This document shows positions 49,855-59,449 of a DNA stretch of 64,000 nt, piece by piece. The position numbers and the translations under genes were made by a program. Numbering within the stretch: position 1 is the stretch's first letter; the number at the start of each line of letters is the position of its first letter. Origin of the DNA: an uncultured Oscillospiraceae bacterium. Its GTDB lineage: Bacteria; Bacillota; Clostridia; Peptostreptococcales; Anaerovoracaceae. The notes under the pieces are model-generated. The model saw nothing but the letters and a program-made list of their open reading frames with translations, made no database searches and was not told where the DNA came from. The stretch spans positions 494 through 64,493 of the forward strand of contig CAZAMF010000011.1 of the NCBI GenBank assembly GCA_964486295.1. Reading direction: 5' to 3'.

Positions 49855-49920
49855 ATGACACTTATCTTCGGGAAGCTTTTAAGGTCAAATTTTCGTTTTG
49901 GTCGAATGTGTCGATGTTAA
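49855..49920 (+). other. Candidate 21-codon leader ORF MTLIFGKLLRSNFRFGRMCRC
   Basis: ATG lies 8 nt after GGTAGGT and the ORF sits entirely within the ~146-nt metY leader. The last four codons are Met-Cys-Arg-Cys. The stop overlaps the left arm of an AT-rich hairpin. Confidence 0.3.
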
Positions 49921-49973
49921 TTTGAAGCTAATATAGAACAAATTCAGATTAATTGAAACGAAAGGAAATCAAT

Positions 49974-51263
49974 ATGTCAAATAATCAATATAAATTTGAA
50001 ACACTACAGATCCATGTAGGGCAGGAAAATCCGGATCCCGCCACTGATGCGAGAGCGGTTCCGATCTATGCAACGACTTCATATGTGTTCCATGATTCTG
50101 CCCAGGCAGCAGGGCGTTTCGGCCTCACGGAGGGGGGTAATATATACACCCGCCTAATGAATCCCACATCGGATGTCTTTGAAAAGCGCATAGCGGCGCT
50201 GGAGGGAGGCGAAGGTGCACTGGCTACTGCTTCCGGCGCAGCGGCGATTACCTATGCTGTACAGAATATCGCAAAATCGGGCGACCACATCGTTTCTTCC
50301 GAAACACTTTACGGCGGCACTTATAATCTCTTCGCCAATACTTTACAGGAATGGGGCATTGAAACAACCTTTGTTGACGGGGCGGATCCCGGGAATTTCG
50401 AAAAAGCAATCAGACCGAACACGAAAGCTATATTTCTTGAATCTCTGGGAAATCCAAACTCCGATATTATTGACCTCGAGCGGGTTTCGGAAATCGCACA
50501 CAAAAACGGGATTCCCGTTATCATCGATAATACATTCGCAACTCCGTATCTGTTTCGTCCAATCGAACACGGCGCTGACATCGTGGTGCACTCGGCGACT
50601 AAATTCATCGGCGGTCACGGAACAGTGCTAGGGGGAGTCATTATTGACAGTGGAAAATTCGACTGGGCACAGAACGACAAATTCCCCGGGCTATCCAAAC
50701 CGAACCCGTCCTATCATGGAATCATATTTACGGAAGCGGTGGGGAATCTGGCATACATTATAAAAATCCGAACGACATTGATGAGGGATACTGGAGCGGC
50801 CATCAGCCCATTCAATTCATTTTTACTTTTACAGGGATTGGAAACACTCTCGTTGCGTGTAGAGCGCCACGTGGAAAACGCGTTGAAAGTTGTATACTAC
50901 CTTAGCAAACATCCACAGGTCGCGAAGGTCAACCACCCTTCACTGGAATCCGGAAAGACTAAGGAACTCTATGACAGATATTACTCGAAGGGCAGCGCAT
51001 CGATTTTCACCTTTGAAATAAAAGGTTCCGAAGAACAGGCTAGAAAATTTACAGAATCCCTTGAGCTTTTCTCACTGCTGGCAAACGTCGCCGATGTAAA
51101 ATCCCTTGTCATACATCCGGCTTCGACCACCCATTCGCAGATGAACTCTGAGGAAATGCTGCGGGCAGGCATAAAGCCTACAACCGTGAGACTCTCAATC
51201 GGCACAGAACATATTGATGACATTATTGCCGATCTTGAGCACGGTTTTGATTTAATAAAATAA
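49974..51263 (+). CDS. metY: O-acetylhomoserine (thiol)-lyase / sulfhydrylase
   Basis: PLP-dependent Cys/Met metabolism family. [11 protein letters not shown]-terminus and PLP Lys in [11 protein letters not shown]. Start ATG 49974 (MSNNQYKF). Confidence 0.92.
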   Translation: MSNNQYKFETLQIHVGQENPDPATDARAVPIYATTSYVFHDSAQAAGRFGLTEGGNIYTRLMNPTSDVFEKRIAALEGGEGALATASGAAAITYAVQNIAKSGDHIVSSETLYGGTYNLFANTLQEWGIETTFVDGADPGNFEKAIRPNTKAIFLESLGNPNSDIIDLERVSEIAHKNGIPVIIDNTFATPYLFRPIEHGADIVVHSATKFIGGHGTVLGGVIIDSGKFDWAQNDKFPGLSKPNPSYHGIIFTEAVGNLAYIIKIRTTLMRDTGAAISPFNSFLLLQGLETLSLRVERHVENALKVVYYLSKHPQVAKVNHPSLESGKTKELYDRYYSKGSASIFTFEIKGSEEQARKFTESLELFSLLANVADVKSLVIHPASTTHSQMNSEEMLRAGIKPTTVRLSIGTEHIDDIIADLEHGFDLIK

Positions 51264-51281
51264 GAAGGAGATAAAAATATT

Positions 51282-52214
51282 ATGTCAAGAATATATAAAT
51301 CCGTTGATCAGCTGATCGGCAGAACCCCGCTGGTAGAGCTGACAAATTTCGAAAAGGTTAACAATCTCAGAGCCACTATACTGGCAAAACTTGAGTATTT
51401 TAATCCCGGCGGCAGTGTCAAGGACAGAATCGCGAAAGCGATGATCGACGATGCGGAAGCAAAGGGACTGTTAAAAAAAGGCTCGGTCATCATTGAACCC
51501 ACCAGCGGGAACACAGGCATAGGTCTCGCCTCGGTAGCTGCGGCAAGAGGGTACAGAATTATCATCACAATGCCGGAAACCATGTCCGTAGAACGAAGGA
51601 CTTTAATGAAAGCATACGGCGCTGAAATCGTTCTGACAGAGGGTTCGAAAGGGATGAAAGGGGCAATTGCTAAAGCCGAGGAGCTTGCAAAAGAAATTCC
51701 CGGCAGCTTTATACCGGGGCAATTTGTGAATCCGGCAAATCCTGCGGTTCATCGTGCGACAACAGGCCCGGAGATCTGGGAGGATACCGATGGAAAGGTG
51801 GATATTTTTGTGGCGGGAGTCGGAACAGGGGGCACGATCACGGGGGTTGGTGAATATCTGAAATCCCAAAATCCTGCGATAAGAATAGTAGCGGTTGAGC
51901 CTGCCGCATCACCTGTTCTTACCACTGGCACAGCGGGAGTACACAAGATTCAGGGAATCGGCGCCGGCTTCGTACCGGAGGTCCTGAACACCAAAATATA
52001 CGATGAGATCATAACAGTTGAGAACGAAGCGGCTTTCGCTGCAGCGAAAGAAATCGGGAAAAGTGACGGCATACTGGTGGGCATATCATCCGGCGCTGCA
52101 GTCTGGGCTGCTGCAGAACTTTCCAGGAGACCTGAAAACAAAGACAAGGTCATCGTGGCTTTACTTGCGGACACCGGAGAGCGATATCTTTCCACGCCGT
52201 TGTTCGCAGACTGA
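51282..52214 (+). CDS. cysK: Cysteine synthase A (O-acetylserine sulfhydrylase)
   Basis: PLP Lys in [15 protein letters not shown] loop and [10 protein letters not shown]. Confidence 0.95.
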   Translation: MSRIYKSVDQLIGRTPLVELTNFEKVNNLRATILAKLEYFNPGGSVKDRIAKAMIDDAEAKGLLKKGSVIIEPTSGNTGIGLASVAAARGYRIIITMPETMSVERRTLMKAYGAEIVLTEGSKGMKGAIAKAEELAKEIPGSFIPGQFVNPANPAVHRATTGPEIWEDTDGKVDIFVAGVGTGGTITGVGEYLKSQNPAIRIVAVEPAASPVLTTGTAGVHKIQGIGAGFVPEVLNTKIYDEIITVENEAAFAAAKEIGKSDGILVGISSGAAVWAAAELSRRPENKDKVIVALLADTGERYLSTPLFAD

Positions 52215-52248
52215 CTTGAATCAATTAGTTACTAGGAGGTATTGAACC

Positions 52249-52677
52249 ATGATGGTATCAACAAAAGGAAGATATGCTTTGCGTGTGATGGTGGATCTGT
52301 CGGAACACAATACCGGCGCTTACATTCCGCTGAAAGATATTGCTGAAAGACAGGAGATCTCACAAAAATATATGGAAAGCATCATGACAGTGCTGTCAAA
52401 AGGCGGCTTTGTCGATGCGCTCCATGGGAAGGGCGGCGGATATAAGCTGAATAGAAATCCAAATGAATATACCGTCGGAAGTATCCTGAAATTGACAGAA
52501 GGCACTCTTGCGCCAGTCGCATGCCTTGATAGCGGACACAAAAAATGTGATCGTGCAACAAATTGCAGAACACTTCCCATGTGGATAGAATTAGAACGCT
52601 TAGTTAACAATTATCTTGAAGGCATTACCCTGGGAGATCTGTCCCAAAACATTTCATCCGGTGATTATGTCATTTAG
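52249..52677 (+). CDS. Rrf2-family transcriptional regulator (CymR/IscR-like)
   Basis: 142 aa. STKGRYALRVMVDL N-terminal wHTH and three Cys (CLDSGHKKCDRATNC) suggesting a cluster-ligating type. Confidence 0.88.
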   Translation: MMVSTKGRYALRVMVDLSEHNTGAYIPLKDIAERQEISQKYMESIMTVLSKGGFVDALHGKGGGYKLNRNPNEYTVGSILKLTEGTLAPVACLDSGHKKCDRATNCRTLPMWIELERLVNNYLEGITLGDLSQNISSGDYVI

Positions 52678-52701
52678 TATAGCTGCAATGAACCAGATTA
52701 A

Positions 52702-53247
52702 TTATATCCCATATCGCCCGGTGAGGCTTTCTTTGAACCACGGCAAATGAGGTGGAGCAAAGGTAAAAACAATAAAAAGAAGGACGATCAATACAATAGT
52801 TACTATTGAAACATTAAGAGGGAGACCTTCTGAATGTCTGTAGAAATGAATCCCCAGGCATTGCCCGGCAGTGACGGCCAAAAGGAATATTAGTATATCG
52901 ACAACCAGCAGGTGAACGCCCAAAGAGCCTGTATAAAAGTAATAGGCAAATGGGATCACTAATATGGAAACGATCAGGGAAACCAGCAATGCGGTAAACC
53001 ATCGCTGCGAATCGATTTGATTTGAGCCTTTCCTGAAAAGAAAATATAGGGCCCACCAGCCGATCATCGGCAGCAGAATCAGCTTCTGATGTTCCCATGC
53101 GCTTTCATTTACTGCGGCGACGGCGCCCACAATGGCGGATCTGCCGGACCAGGCATATAGAAAATGAAATAGAGATCCGAAAATGAATATGACAGGTATG
53201 CCCAATAATTGGGATTTTTCGTTTGCTGACAGCCCCATGCGTTTCAT
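52702..53247 (-). CDS. Polytopic membrane protein of unknown function (DUF6512-like)
   Basis: 181 aa with about 5 TM segments. ATGA overlap with the upstream SRAP gene. Confidence 0.6.
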   Translation of the reverse strand: MKRMGLSANEKSQLLGIPVIFIFGSLFHFLYAWSGRSAIVGAVAAVNESAWEHQKLILLPMIGWWALYFLFRKGSNQIDSQRWFTALLVSLIVSILVIPFAYYFYTGSLGVHLLVVDILIFLLAVTAGQCLGIHFYRHSEGLPLNVSIVTIVLIVLLFIVFTFAPPHLPWFKESLTGRYGI

Positions 53248-53816
53248 TGGTCCATTCTCCTCGTCAGAATTGGGTGTTCTCCAAATAAAATCTCGTCGAC
53301 GGCGTTATTGTTAAAAAGCCAATCTTTTACATCCGGCTTTTCCAGGACCACCGGCATCCTGTCATGTACATCCGAAACCGATCGGTTGGAGTTCGTTGTG
53401 AGGATCACAAAGCGGTTTTCCCCTTCGAAACGGTTATATAGGCCTGCCATGTACAGGACCCCTGAACCCGGAAGATTGAACAGGAATTTTTTCTTTTCCT
53501 GGTCCCATTCGTAAAATCCGGTGGACGGGATGACACATCTTTTTGCCAGCAGCGAGGATTTAAACATCGGTTTCTCATGTGCGGTCTCGGAACGGGCATT
53601 GATGATCACACTTTTGCCATGAAATGAAGGGTATCCCCAGCAAAACAGATCCGCCGTGATTTTTTCTTCTGACGGGACCAGAACGGGGACCACATCGGTG
53701 GGAAAGATCTCACCGGTTTTCATTTCTTTCGTCTTAATATTATTGCTGACCTGCTCGATGATATCGTCGATTTCTCTTAATTCTTTGTCTGTAAAAAATG
53801 TATATCTTCCGCACAT
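53244..53816 (-). CDS. SOS-response-associated peptidase (SRAP/YedK-family abasic-site processing protein)
   Basis: N-terminal MCGRY (catalytic Cys2), plus NARSET and GFYEW motifs. Confidence 0.9.
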   Translation of the reverse strand: MCGRYTFFTDKELREIDDIIEQVSNNIKTKEMKTGEIFPTDVVPVLVPSEEKITADLFCWGYPSFHGKSVIINARSETAHEKPMFKSSLLAKRCVIPSTGFYEWDQEKKKFLFNLPGSGVLYMAGLYNRFEGENRFVILTTNSNRSVSDVHDRMPVVLEKPDVKDWLFNNNAVDEILFGEHPILTRRMDQ

Positions 53817-53906
53817 TCCTGATCACCACCTTAGTTAATAGTTAACTCCTATACACCTAATATATACCTAATATATACCTTCTATACACTATAAAACCCA
53901 TACGGA

Positions 53907-54170
53907 TCACATTTTATATAGCTCCCAGCGACAATCTGAAATTAAATATTTCAGTTCATAAAGTCTGCATACGCCATCTATTTCGCTCTGGCATCGATAA
54001 ACAAAAGCCCTGACTCCGGCAATTTTGGTTTCTTCAACCAAAAGGATCTGATCGATCATAATTTCGTGTGGGGCGCGGTCCCGATCAATATATCTGAACT
54101 TATAGGGCATTGGTTTTTCCCTGCCTTTGAATTTTACGATAGCGTCAATGGGCTCTGACAATATTTTCAT
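53907..54170 (-). CDS. 87-aa hypothetical protein translationally coupled to the Y-family polymerase
   Basis: ATGA overlap with the polymerase stop. No family recognised, and it does not read like UmuD or YolD. Confidence 0.55.
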   Translation of the reverse strand: MKILSEPIDAIVKFKGREKPMPYKFRYIDRDRAPHEIMIDQILLVEETKIAGVRAFVYRCQSEIDGVCRLYELKYLISDCRWELYKM

Positions 54171-55417
54171 TGCATATAACCTCCCATCATAATAAAATCA
54201 CTGTCATTGGTGCCGCCTTGAACGGGGTTGATGCGGCCATTGGTAAAAACCCCCCTGATAATGGACCGGGTTCCGTATTTTTTGCGTATGGCATCTATTG
54301 CTTCGTCCAGTTTTTCCAGTTGTTCGATATTGCCTTTATCGAAAAAAGAAAGCTGGTGTATGGCCGCCGCCGAGAAGTCCGACAGTGAGACCCCAAGATG
54401 CCGGATGGGCTCACCTTTCCAGCATTGGTCGAAAAGCATGCACACATGATCATAGATTTCACTTGTGACGTTGATGCTGTTGGGCAATTTGACCTGATGG
54501 CTGTAGCGGACAAAGCCATTGGTTTTTACGGAAACAGAGACCAGCGATGCCAGATAGCCTAACTTTCTGAGCCTCATTGCAACCCTTTCGGTAAGCGCAA
54601 GAAGGATCTTGTGGGCTTCGGATCTTTCTGTGACGTCGAAGGCGATGGTAGTGCTATTGCCGACGCCTTTCTGAATGATTTCGCTGTTCATGAAAACCGG
54701 AGAATGATCCAGTCCGTTTGCCAGATCCCGTATAAGCTCGCCCTGGCTCATCAAAAGCGCCTTCATGTGCAAAGGATCCGATTTGGCCAGATCGCCGATG
54801 GTATTGATGTTGATTTTTTTCAGCTTCTGCGCAGTTGCTCTTCCTACCATGAAAAGTTCGCCCACCGGCAGCGGCCAAAGTTTTTCAGGCATTTCTTCCG
54901 GCCATAGGGTATGGACCATGTCCGGCTTTTTAAGCTCGCCAGCCATTTTCGCCAGCAGCTTGTTGCTGGATATGCCGATATTCACGGTAAATCCCAACTC
55001 TTTCCTGATCCCGTCCTTGATCTCATGAGCCGCATTTAGCGGATCGCCGAATGCTTTTTCAGAAGAAGAGTAATCCAAAAAACATTCATCTATACTGTAA
55101 CGTTCCACCAGGGAAGAATAGCGACATAAAATATCATACATTGCATTGCTGCACAACATGTACAGATCATAATCCGGAGGATAAACCGCAAGCTCCGGGC
55201 ACTTTTGCAGGGCTTCAAAAAGGCTTTGCCCGGTTGAAACACCGAATTTTTTTGCGGGGATCGATTTGGCCAGTATGATCCCATGCCGGTTTTCCGGATC
55301 GCCTGAAATCACTGAAGGAATCTCCCGGATGTCAACAGGAAAACCCTTTTCCAGCATGGCGGCCGCCGTCCAACTCAAATATGCGCTGTTTGCATCTATA
55401 TGAAATATGGTCCTCAT
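54167..55417 (-). CDS. Y-family (ImpB/MucB/UmuC-like) translesion DNA polymerase
   Basis: IFHIDANSAYLS and SIDECFLD catalytic motifs, SSNKLLAKMA. Start ATG 55417 behind GGGAGTG; the track start at 55471 would swallow the promoter and LexA box. Confidence 0.9.
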   Translation of the reverse strand: MRTIFHIDANSAYLSWTAAAMLEKGFPVDIREIPSVISGDPENRHGIILAKSIPAKKFGVSTGQSLFEALQKCPELAVYPPDYDLYMLCSNAMYDILCRYSSLVERYSIDECFLDYSSSEKAFGDPLNAAHEIKDGIRKELGFTVNIGISSNKLLAKMAGELKKPDMVHTLWPEEMPEKLWPLPVGELFMVGRATAQKLKKININTIGDLAKSDPLHMKALLMSQGELIRDLANGLDHSPVFMNSEIIQKGVGNSTTIAFDVTERSEAHKILLALTERVAMRLRKLGYLASLVSVSVKTNGFVRYSHQVKLPNSINVTSEIYDHVCMLFDQCWKGEPIRHLGVSLSDFSAAAIHQLSFFDKGNIEQLEKLDEAIDAIRKKYGTRSIIRGVFTNGRINPVQGGTNDSDFIMMGGYMQ

Positions 55418-55441
55418 AACGATCACTCCCTTCGGTAATAG

Positions 55442-55470
55442 TATAGTAACAGAACGTATGTTCTTATTCA
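55442..55470 (-). promoter_or_regulatory. Promoter TTGAAT-17-TACTAT with embedded LexA (Cheo) box AGAACATACGTTCT
   Basis: GAAC-N4-GTTC palindrome at 55450-55463 lies inside the 17-nt spacer, 30-50 nt upstream of the polymerase start. Confidence 0.7.
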
Positions 55471-55612
55471 ACCATAATCTGAACCGGAAGAAATAAAAAA
55501 CTGTGACTCAAATCGTGTCCAACGGAACAGGCTTCCATTCAGCACACGGAAATGGTAATATAAATCTAGCCGGAATTTCTAAATTGAAACAACAGAGAAA
55601 GGTGAGGGGAAT

Positions 55613-56116
55613 ATGGAATTCAAAGAAATCAAAACAGGGGAACTGCTTTTCAATCCTTTTAACAAAATCGGGAAGGAGTGGATGCTGATTGCTGCAGGTG
55701 ACGAAAAGAAGTTCAATGCCATGACAGCCAGCTGGGGAGGTGTCGGTGTGCTTTGGGGAAAGAATGTCGCAACCACCTATCTGCGCCCGCAAAGATACAC
55801 GAAGGAATTCGTGGATGCAAACGAATTATTCACTATAGCCTTCTTTAATTCAAACTTCAGAGAGGCCTTGAATATTTGCGGCTCGGTTTCAGGTCGCGAC
55901 GAAGATAAAATCAAAAAAGCAGGGCTGACCCCGCTTTTTATCGATGGCACCACTTCATTCCAGGAAGCGGAGCTGATTTTGATCTGCAAAAAGTTGTATC
56001 ATGACACCATCAAACCTGCGCTGTTCATCGATCCTGAAATTGACGGGAAGTGGTATCCGGAAAAGGACTACCATACCATGTATATTTCGGAAATCGTGAA
56101 AGTGCTGGTTAAATAA
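55613..56116 (+). CDS. Flavin reductase-like (FMN-binding split barrel) protein
   Basis: 167 aa. NAMTASWGGVG motif is typical of the flavin reductase-like domain. Confidence 0.7.
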   Translation: MEFKEIKTGELLFNPFNKIGKEWMLIAAGDEKKFNAMTASWGGVGVLWGKNVATTYLRPQRYTKEFVDANELFTIAFFNSNFREALNICGSVSGRDEDKIKKAGLTPLFIDGTTSFQEAELILICKKLYHDTIKPALFIDPEIDGKWYPEKDYHTMYISEIVKVLVK

Positions 56117-56999
56117 TCAAGCCGGATTTTGCTTTCTTTAATAATTCTATATCCAATTTTTTCATTTTAAGCATGGCGGCCGTTGCTCTTGTGATTTCAT
56201 CTTTTGTGCCGTCAAACATCAGACCGGACATATTTTCCGGAACGATCTGCCATGAAACTCCAAACTTGTCCTTGATCCAGCCGCATTGTTCCGCCTCCGG
56301 CACAGCGGAAAGCTTCTCCCAGAAATAATCGATTTCCGCCTGATCCCTGCAATTGACAATCAGGGAAAATGCTTCGTTGAATCCGAAATCGGCATCAAAG
56401 CCATGATCCATTGCGACAAAATCAATACCGAACAATTTAAAAGCAGCATATTTGATTTTTGCATTTGCAGCGCCGGCTTCGCCTTTTTCATAAGGGACCA
56501 TGGCCGTGATCTCGCCTTCCCTGAAAACATCCACGTAATATTTCAGGGCCTCTTCGGCTTTGCCATTGGAATCTTTTGAAAAAAGAAAACTTACTTTTAT
56601 TTTTTGGCGGATTTGTTCTCCCTCTGTAAGCATCAATTGCCAGGACAGGCCATATCGATCCTGGATCCACCCATACCACCTGCTGAAAGGATATTCTGCC
56701 AGCGGCATCAGCTCGATGCCATCTTCCGACAAGGCTTTCCATTTGGAATTTACCTCCTCGATGGTATCGCATAAAACCATGAAAGAAATCGAGGGGTTGA
56801 ACTTAAAATAAGGGCCTGCACTGATCGCCATGAATTCCTGGCCTTCCAATTCAAAAGAAATCAATTCTGAATCTCCGGAAGGCGTTCCTTCGATGGTATC
56901 GATTCTCTCTATTTTCGAACTGTTAAACAAACCGGTATAGAAGACTACAGCTTCATGGGCGTTGTTGTCAAACCATAAATGGGGCACGATTTTCTGCAT
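56109..56999 (-). CDS. Duplicated VOC/PhnB-like (glyoxalase-fold, 3-demethylubiquinone methyltransferase-like domain) protein
   Basis: 296 aa. Two halves, each with a (I/V)xPxLWF-type start and DKFGVSWQI / DRYGLSWQL ends. Confidence 0.7.
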   Translation of the reverse strand: MQKIVPHLWFDNNAHEAVVFYTGLFNSSKIERIDTIEGTPSGDSELISFELEGQEFMAISAGPYFKFNPSISFMVLCDTIEEVNSKWKALSEDGIELMPLAEYPFSRWYGWIQDRYGLSWQLMLTEGEQIRQKIKVSFLFSKDSNGKAEEALKYYVDVFREGEITAMVPYEKGEAGAANAKIKYAAFKLFGIDFVAMDHGFDADFGFNEAFSLIVNCRDQAEIDYFWEKLSAVPEAEQCGWIKDKFGVSWQIVPENMSGLMFDGTKDEITRATAAMLKMKKLDIELLKKAKSGLII

Positions 57000-57158
57000 T
57001 TTACGACTCCTCCTTATTTTATGAGCTGCATAAGCCGATATTTATTTATATACACCTCTTTTGCCGCGAGTATTCCCTGTAAAATCAATTGCATCTTGTA
57101 TTATTGACAGCGATATGGTAGAGTCATAACTGAAAAGAAAATGATCAGAATTGAATAC

Positions 57159-57263
57159 AATTTATTGGTGTGCGATTTAAAAGCGCAGTTAAATAAAAGG
57201 GAATGAGGTGGAAATCCTCAGCAGTCCTGCTGCCGTTATAGCCGGAAGACCTGCCAGTAAATT
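57159..57263 (+). promoter_or_regulatory. Cobalamin riboswitch aptamer
   Basis: AAAAGGGAATGAGGTGGAAATCCTCAGCAGTCCTGCTGCCGT core and B12 box TAGCCGGAAGACCTGCC. P1 is AATTTATTGG/CCAGTAAATT. Confidence 0.85.
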
Positions 57264-57334
57264 TTTGTTTTGCGTCTTACAGGCTATAGGGCGTAAAGCG
57301 TTGAAATATTTAAAATTTGCACGAGGATAATTTT

Positions 57335-57368
57335 AAAGCATTCCGATTCAAAGCCGGAATGCTTTTTT
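57335..57368 (+). terminator. Riboswitch expression-platform terminator
   Basis: AAAGCATTCCG-attcaaagc-CGGAATGCTTT followed by TTTT, upstream of the RBS at about 57425. Confidence 0.8.
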
Positions 57369-57433
57369 ATTTAACAAGCCCAACAAGCACAGAAAGCGGC
57401 AACAACCGGATAGCCGGGGAAAGAATAAGGAAA

Positions 57434-58753
57434 ATGATTAGAAAATCTTTAATGAGCATTCTATTGATCATAACAGTATTATGTCCGATGACAAATTTTA
57501 ATGGCGTCTATGCGGCAACGGCAACGACCGATACGCAAACTCGCCAGATTCAAATGGTGATGGATGAAACGGCAAAGCTGCTTGTGGATACTGTAAAGGA
57601 TCCCGTGATATCGCAAGTCGGCGGAGAATGGACGATCCTGGGGCTGGCAAGGTCCGGATACTCCGTACCGGCGGGTTATTATGATCAATATGCACGGAAC
57701 GTTGAAAAGGAACTTGCAGAGAAAAGCGGTGTGCTGACAAGCGTAAAGTACACCGAATACTCCCGTTTGATCCTGGCCATGACGGCAATCGCCCGCGACG
57801 TCGATTCTGTTGGCGGGTATAATCTTCTGGAAAAACTGTCCGATTTTGATAATGTGAAAAAGCAGGGGGTCAATGGTCCGGCTTTCGCACTTCTGGCGCT
57901 GGACTCCCATGGCTATGAAATCCCTGCGGCTGCCGCCTCAAGGACCATTGCAAACGGCGGTACTGTGACCAGCAGAGAAGGGCTCATCGAATACCTTTTG
58001 AACAAAGGCCCGGTTGCCGGAGACGCGGACAGGACCGGCATCATGCTTCAGGCGCTGGCGAAATATAAGGACAGGAAGGAAGTAAAGGCTTTTTCCGAAA
58101 AAGCGTTCCAAATGATCGACGGACTTGAGAACAGCGACGGTAGTTTTCCTTACGGCGGTGTGGCGGCATCGGAATCCATTGCGCAGGTCATTGTTGCAAA
58201 AGCCATGTGGGGGATCGATTGCCGGGAAAACGTCGACGCGCTTCTGACATATCATATGAATGGTGGCGGCTTTGAGCATGTCAGGGGCCAGGGTTTCGAC
58301 CTGATGGCCACGGAGCAGGCCCTGTATGCACTGACAGCTTATGAAAGAAGCATAGCGGGTAAAACGGCCCTTTATGATATGACGGATGTGGTGATCTTTT
58401 CACCGGCAGAGATCAGGGTATCTCTAAATGGAAACTATATTGCCTTTGATCAGCCCCCAGTGATTGAGAACAGCAGGACGCTGGTACCAATGAGAGCTAT
58501 TTTTGAGGTGTTCGGGGCTGTAGTGACTTGGGATCAGGAAACGAAAACAGTTACTGGGACGCTGGACGGCAAAGTCGTTACGCTCACGGTCGGTGATAAA
58601 ACTTCATATGTCAATGGTGAAGCAGCGACATTGGATGTACCGGCAAAAATAATCAACGGACGGACCATGGTGCCGGTCAGATTTATTTCGGAAAGCCTTG
58701 ATGCGGATGTTCAATGGATCCAATCTCCGATGACGGTGGTGATAACAAAATGA
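57434..58753 (+). CDS. Secreted protein: alpha/alpha-toroid (prenyltransferase/squalene-cyclase-repeat-like) domain + copper-amine-oxidase-N1-like stalk domain
   Basis: Signal peptide MIRKSLMSILLIITVLCPMTNFNGVYA. Repeated helical hairpin region (GGEWTILGLARSG.., NGPAFALLALDS.., DRTGIMLQALA.., DGSFPYGG.., MATEQALYALTAY). C-terminal NSRTLVPMRAIFE..INGRTMVPVRFISE. Start reset from 57317, which would span the terminator. Confidence 0.7.
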   Translation: MIRKSLMSILLIITVLCPMTNFNGVYAATATTDTQTRQIQMVMDETAKLLVDTVKDPVISQVGGEWTILGLARSGYSVPAGYYDQYARNVEKELAEKSGVLTSVKYTEYSRLILAMTAIARDVDSVGGYNLLEKLSDFDNVKKQGVNGPAFALLALDSHGYEIPAAAASRTIANGGTVTSREGLIEYLLNKGPVAGDADRTGIMLQALAKYKDRKEVKAFSEKAFQMIDGLENSDGSFPYGGVAASESIAQVIVAKAMWGIDCRENVDALLTYHMNGGGFEHVRGQGFDLMATEQALYALTAYERSIAGKTALYDMTDVVIFSPAEIRVSLNGNYIAFDQPPVIENSRTLVPMRAIFEVFGAVVTWDQETKTVTGTLDGKVVTLTVGDKTSYVNGEAATLDVPAKIINGRTMVPVRFISESLDADVQWIQSPMTVVITK

Positions 58754-59448
58754 GAAACAAAGCAATAGATAAAAGAATTAGAAGGTACTTGATCGTTCTG
58801 TTTTCAATCTTTCTGATGTTTGCCTTTTTCGGCTGCGGAAATGCAGAGCAAAACACGGATGCTCCTGCCGGGGAAATCGCAGTGCAGGACAACCCGGAAC
58901 AAGCAGAAAAGGTAACCGGATCTGCAACAGCAACTCCGGAAGCGATTTCGGATGCAATTCCAGAAGCCGCACCCGAAAACATGCCCGAAAAATCCCAACC
59001 CTCAGAAACCTCCGAAAAGCAGCAGGATAAGCTGACCTGCACCGTTTCGATCACATGCGCCACCATTCTTGACAATATGGGCAACCTGGCCAAGGGAAAA
59101 GAAGAAGTGGTTCCCGCTGATGGAGTTATAATGTCGCCGAAAACAGTCGCTTTTGAACAGGGAGACACGGTGTTTGACGCCCTGGCCAGTGTTACGAAAG
59201 TGCAGAAAATACATATGGAGTTCACCACGACCCCGATCTATAAAAGCGCCTATATTGAAGGGATCAACAATATTTATGAGTTTGACTGCGGCGAACTTTC
59301 CGGATGGATGTACAAGGTGAACGGCGAATTCCCGAGCCGCGGATGCAGTGCTTACGAGCTTTCCGACGGAGACATGGTTGAATGGATCTACTCATGCAGT
59401 CTGGGCAGCGATATCGGCGGGAATTACCTGGAGCAAAAGGGAGAATAG
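58750..59448 (+). CDS. DUF4430 (transcobalamin C-terminal-domain-like) lipoprotein
   Basis: Lipobox FAFFGC, Pro/Glu/Ala-rich linker, then DUF4430 core ..GELSGWMYKVNGEFPSRGCSAYELSDGDMVEWIYS. ATGA overlap with the upstream gene. Confidence 0.75.
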   Translation: MRNKAIDKRIRRYLIVLFSIFLMFAFFGCGNAEQNTDAPAGEIAVQDNPEQAEKVTGSATATPEAISDAIPEAAPENMPEKSQPSETSEKQQDKLTCTVSITCATILDNMGNLAKGKEEVVPADGVIMSPKTVAFEQGDTVFDALASVTKVQKIHMEFTTTPIYKSAYIEGINNIYEFDCGELSGWMYKVNGEFPSRGCSAYELSDGDMVEWIYSCSLGSDIGGNYLEQKGE

Positions 59449-59449
59449 A

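Noticed and set aside
49754-49973. Possible SAM-I (S-box) riboswitch or Met/Cys T-box upstream of metY (the leader contains CACTTATC, like the S-box start)
   Set aside because: The rest of the S-box core (GAGGGA, GGCCC, GCAACC), a T-box sequence, and a terminator/antiterminator pair are all absent on inspection.
56109-56116. 8-bp convergent overlap of the flavin reductase and VOC/PhnB-like genes
   Set aside because: This is a simple 3'-3' overlap of stop regions, and no evidence of functional significance can be seen from the sequence.
57317-57433. N-terminal extension of the surface-protein ORF (track start 57317)
   Set aside because: The extension begins at a non-ATG codon and would be translated through the riboswitch terminator hairpin. 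ATG 57434 has an RBS and yields a canonical signal peptide.
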